Below, piece by piece: positions 62,129 to 64,000 of a stretch of DNA of 64,000 nt. The notes beneath the pieces were generated by a model, which saw nothing but the letters and a program-made list of their open reading frames with translations, searched no databases and had not been told where the DNA came from. The position numbers and the translations under genes are program-made. This DNA comes from Candidatus Woesebacteria bacterium (lineage in GTDB: Bacteria > Patescibacteriota > Saccharimonadia > Saccharimonadales > EFPC-124). The stretch's first letter is position 1. Every line of letters starts with the position of its first letter. The stretch is taken from the NCBI GenBank assembly GCA_050115675.1, contig JASFQB010000004.1, positions 71,601 through 135,600 of the forward strand. The letters run 5' to 3'.

Positions 62129-63592
62129 GTGGGGCAGGCATTGTACCGTAAGTATCGCTCTAAAACGCTGTCCGAGCTTGTTGGCCAAGAACACATAACC
62201 AACACACTTGCCAGCGCTATTAAAAGTGGTCGAATTAGCCACGCCTACTTGTTTACTGGACCTCGCGGAGTTGGGAAGACCAGCGTAGCACGCATTTTGG
62301 CACACGAGATAAATCAGCTACCTTATAGCGACGATGGCCATCTTGACATTATAGAAATTGACGCTGCAAGCAATCGTCGAATAGACGACATTCGCGACCT
62401 GCGCGAAAAAGTCCACATCGCCCCCACAAGCGCAAAATACAAAGTGTATATCATTGACGAAGTGCACATGCTAACAGGTGAGTCTTTTAACGCACTACTA
62501 AAAACGCTAGAGGAACCACCAAAACATGTTGTGTTCATTTTAGCCACAACAGAGGCACACAAACTGCCAGCCACAATTGTTAGCCGCACGCAACGCTACG
62601 GATTTAGGCCAGTAGACCTAAAAAAAGTTGCAGACCATTTAAGACACATTGCCGACAGCGAAAAAATTACAATAGACGACGACGCCTTAACTTTACTTGC
62701 CGAGCACGGCGAGGGCAGCTTTAGAGACAGTATTAGTGTACTTGATCAAATTGCCAACATTAGCAACAAGCAGGTAACTGCAGAAGGAGTAGAAGCAACC
62801 CTTGGCATTGCCTCTAAAACCGCCATCAGCGACTTGCTGTCATTATTAAAAAATAAAGAGTTTTCTGGCCTAGTATCCCAGCTAGAAACACTACATAACC
62901 AAGGCATAACCGCTGCCAGCCTTGGCCCTCAGCTAATTCGTGCGCTGACTAAAGAGGCAACAAGCCAGCCCGATTTTTATGAGGTTATCGACCAACTGAT
63001 TGACTTGCCGCGCGCATATAATCCTCAAATAAAATTGCTAACAATTTTAGCCAAGCATACACTTGAAAACACCCAAACCGCGCCTATTGTCACAGCAAAA
63101 AGCGCACCTGTTGTAGCTTCTACCGCAAAACCTGTGTTTGAAACAACAAAAAGGACGTCAACGCCCATCGCACCAAAGCAAAAAGCAAACACTCCGCCAG
63201 TAGTAGCAGAGCCACAAAAACCAAGCTTAAATCCCATCAGCAAAATGTCACCCGAACAATGGGGTCAAATATTAGCAGAGGTAAAAGTGCATAGCACTGC
63301 GCTTCAGAGCATTTTGCGTCAATCTTCACCAGTACTAGACGAGAAAACTCAAACTTTAACACTTACTTTTAAACATGCGCTACATAGCCGCAAAATAGAC
63401 GACGCTAAAGCCAAAGAGATTTTAGTCAATGCCATGGTTAAAATCTTAGACGGCGCACCAATAATAAATACTGTCGTTGACGCAAGCGTTGAGCCTTTAG
63501 AAGTAAAGACTGCGCCACCTGCGGCTAATCTGGACTCAAACGCCCAAGCAGTAGCAGATTTGATGGGCGGCGGGGAAGCGATAAGCGCCTAA
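62129..63592 (+). CDS. dnaX: DNA polymerase III subunit gamma/tau
   Basis: YRKYRSKTLSELVGQEH, GPRGVGKTS, IIDEVHMLT and ATTEAHKLPATIVSRTQ. Confidence 0.9.
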   Translation: MGQALYRKYRSKTLSELVGQEHITNTLASAIKSGRISHAYLFTGPRGVGKTSVARILAHEINQLPYSDDGHLDIIEIDAASNRRIDDIRDLREKVHIAPTSAKYKVYIIDEVHMLTGESFNALLKTLEEPPKHVVFILATTEAHKLPATIVSRTQRYGFRPVDLKKVADHLRHIADSEKITIDDDALTLLAEHGEGSFRDSISVLDQIANISNKQVTAEGVEATLGIASKTAISDLLSLLKNKEFSGLVSQLETLHNQGITAASLGPQLIRALTKEATSQPDFYEVIDQLIDLPRAYNPQIKLLTILAKHTLENTQTAPIVTAKSAPVVASTAKPVFETTKRTSTPIAPKQKANTPPVVAEPQKPSLNPISKMSPEQWGQILAEVKVHSTALQSILRQSSPVLDEKTQTLTLTFKHALHSRKIDDAKAKEILVNAMVKILDGAPIINTVVDASVEPLEVKTAPPAANLDSNAQAVADLMGGGEAISA

Positions 63593-63629
63593 TAAAACCC
63601 TTGGCAAAAACTAGCCAAGGGCACAACAA

Positions 63630-64000
63630 CTAGCTAGACAGCTCCTCAATGACAAACTGTTCGACAGCAGGATTAAATGTATTCTGCCAGGCATCGTAAA
63701 GCAGGCTGGAGTTTGGAGATCCTCCATAAATAACCTGACCAAACTCTCCAGCTAGAGCCCAAAGGTCCATCTGAGAATCTCCGCAAACCAATTCCATCCT
63801 TTGACAAGGACCTAGATCTACAAAACCCATTCTAGCCAGTACCTTTTGGGCTCTAGTATTGTCTGTTGAGGTTCTAGCATGCAGCGCCAAAGCGCCTTGC
63901 TTAAACATATACTTACAAATAGCCAAACAGGCAACAGTGCCAAAGCCCCTGTTTAAAAAAGGCTCCTTGTAAATCATTGCTGATATTTCGTGCATTCTTA
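63630..64000 (-). CDS. GNAT-family N-acetyltransferase, N-terminus probably beyond window end
   Basis: NRGFGTVACLAICKYMF...NTRAQKVLARMGF is the acetyl-CoA-binding motif A region. The frame stays open to the window edge. Confidence 0.6.
   Translation of the reverse strand, partial: RMHEISAMIYKEPFLNRGFGTVACLAICKYMFKQGALALHARTSTDNTRAQKVLARMGFVDLGPCQRMELVCGDSQMDLWALAGEFGQVIYGGSPNSSLLYDAWQNTFNPAVEQFVIEELSS

Noticed and set aside
62618-62630. CTAAAAAAAGTT run in dnaX as a possible programmed -1 frameshift site, as in E. coli tau/gamma.
   Set aside because: It lies near codon 165, inside the ATPase module rather than at the domain III/IV boundary. I saw no downstream stem-loop and no nearby stop in the -1 frame.
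1-64000. CRISPR arrays, rRNA genes, additional tRNAs and an alternative genetic code (UGA recoding, as in some CPR lineages).
   Set aside because: I noticed no regularly spaced direct repeats. No other TTCGA-type T-arm contexts were found by eye. Conserved genes end cleanly at TGA (for example tmk) and contain no in-frame TGA, so the standard code fits. A by-eye scan cannot exclude short or degenerate elements.

Overview
The window looks like part of a small, fairly AT-rich, streamlined bacterial chromosome. Gene content and style resemble Patescibacteria/CPR, for example a Saccharibacteria-like episymbiont. That placement is inference and cannot be verified here.

Backbone genes:
- a partial ABC-F ATPase
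- tRNA-Trp
- secE-nusG-rplK-rplA
- a dNMP-kinase/dcd/tmk/thyX nucleotide block
- rplJ-rplL
- an M20 peptidase, a threonine dehydratase, a VanX-like dipeptidase and dnaX

Accessory DNA is spliced into this backbone in four places:
1. An integrative element of about 19 kb abuts the 3' end of tRNA-Trp (about 7.7-26.7 kb; right edge not resolved). It carries:
   - a large serine recombinase and two XRE switches
   - a Replic_Relax-type protein and a single membrane-anchored TraD/FtsK/HerA-like ATPase
   - ParA, RadC and DUF3768 genes
   - a Gabija (GajA/GajB) defence pair and a membrane-anchored Mrr-type nuclease
   - an unrecognised 821-aa zinc-ribbon plus PD-(D/E)xK protein
2. A four-gene module lies immediately left of the tRNA. 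It encodes an NrtR-like regulator, a J-like pseudokinase, a vWA protein and a divergent PurA-like ligase. I cannot match it to any described system and rank it the best novel-system candidate.
3. Visibly GC-rich single-gene cassettes, each with its own near-consensus promoter and terminator, are scattered through the window. Some sit inside conserved operon junctions.
4. A set of envelope and host-interaction genes is present: an amidase, a BspA/DUF285 repeat operon, a chagasin-type inhibitor, a serpin-like protein and an SGNH hydrolase.

I saw no rRNA gene and no CRISPR array. The standard code (TGA = stop) fits all calls. All function calls rest on motifs read by eye; no database search was possible.
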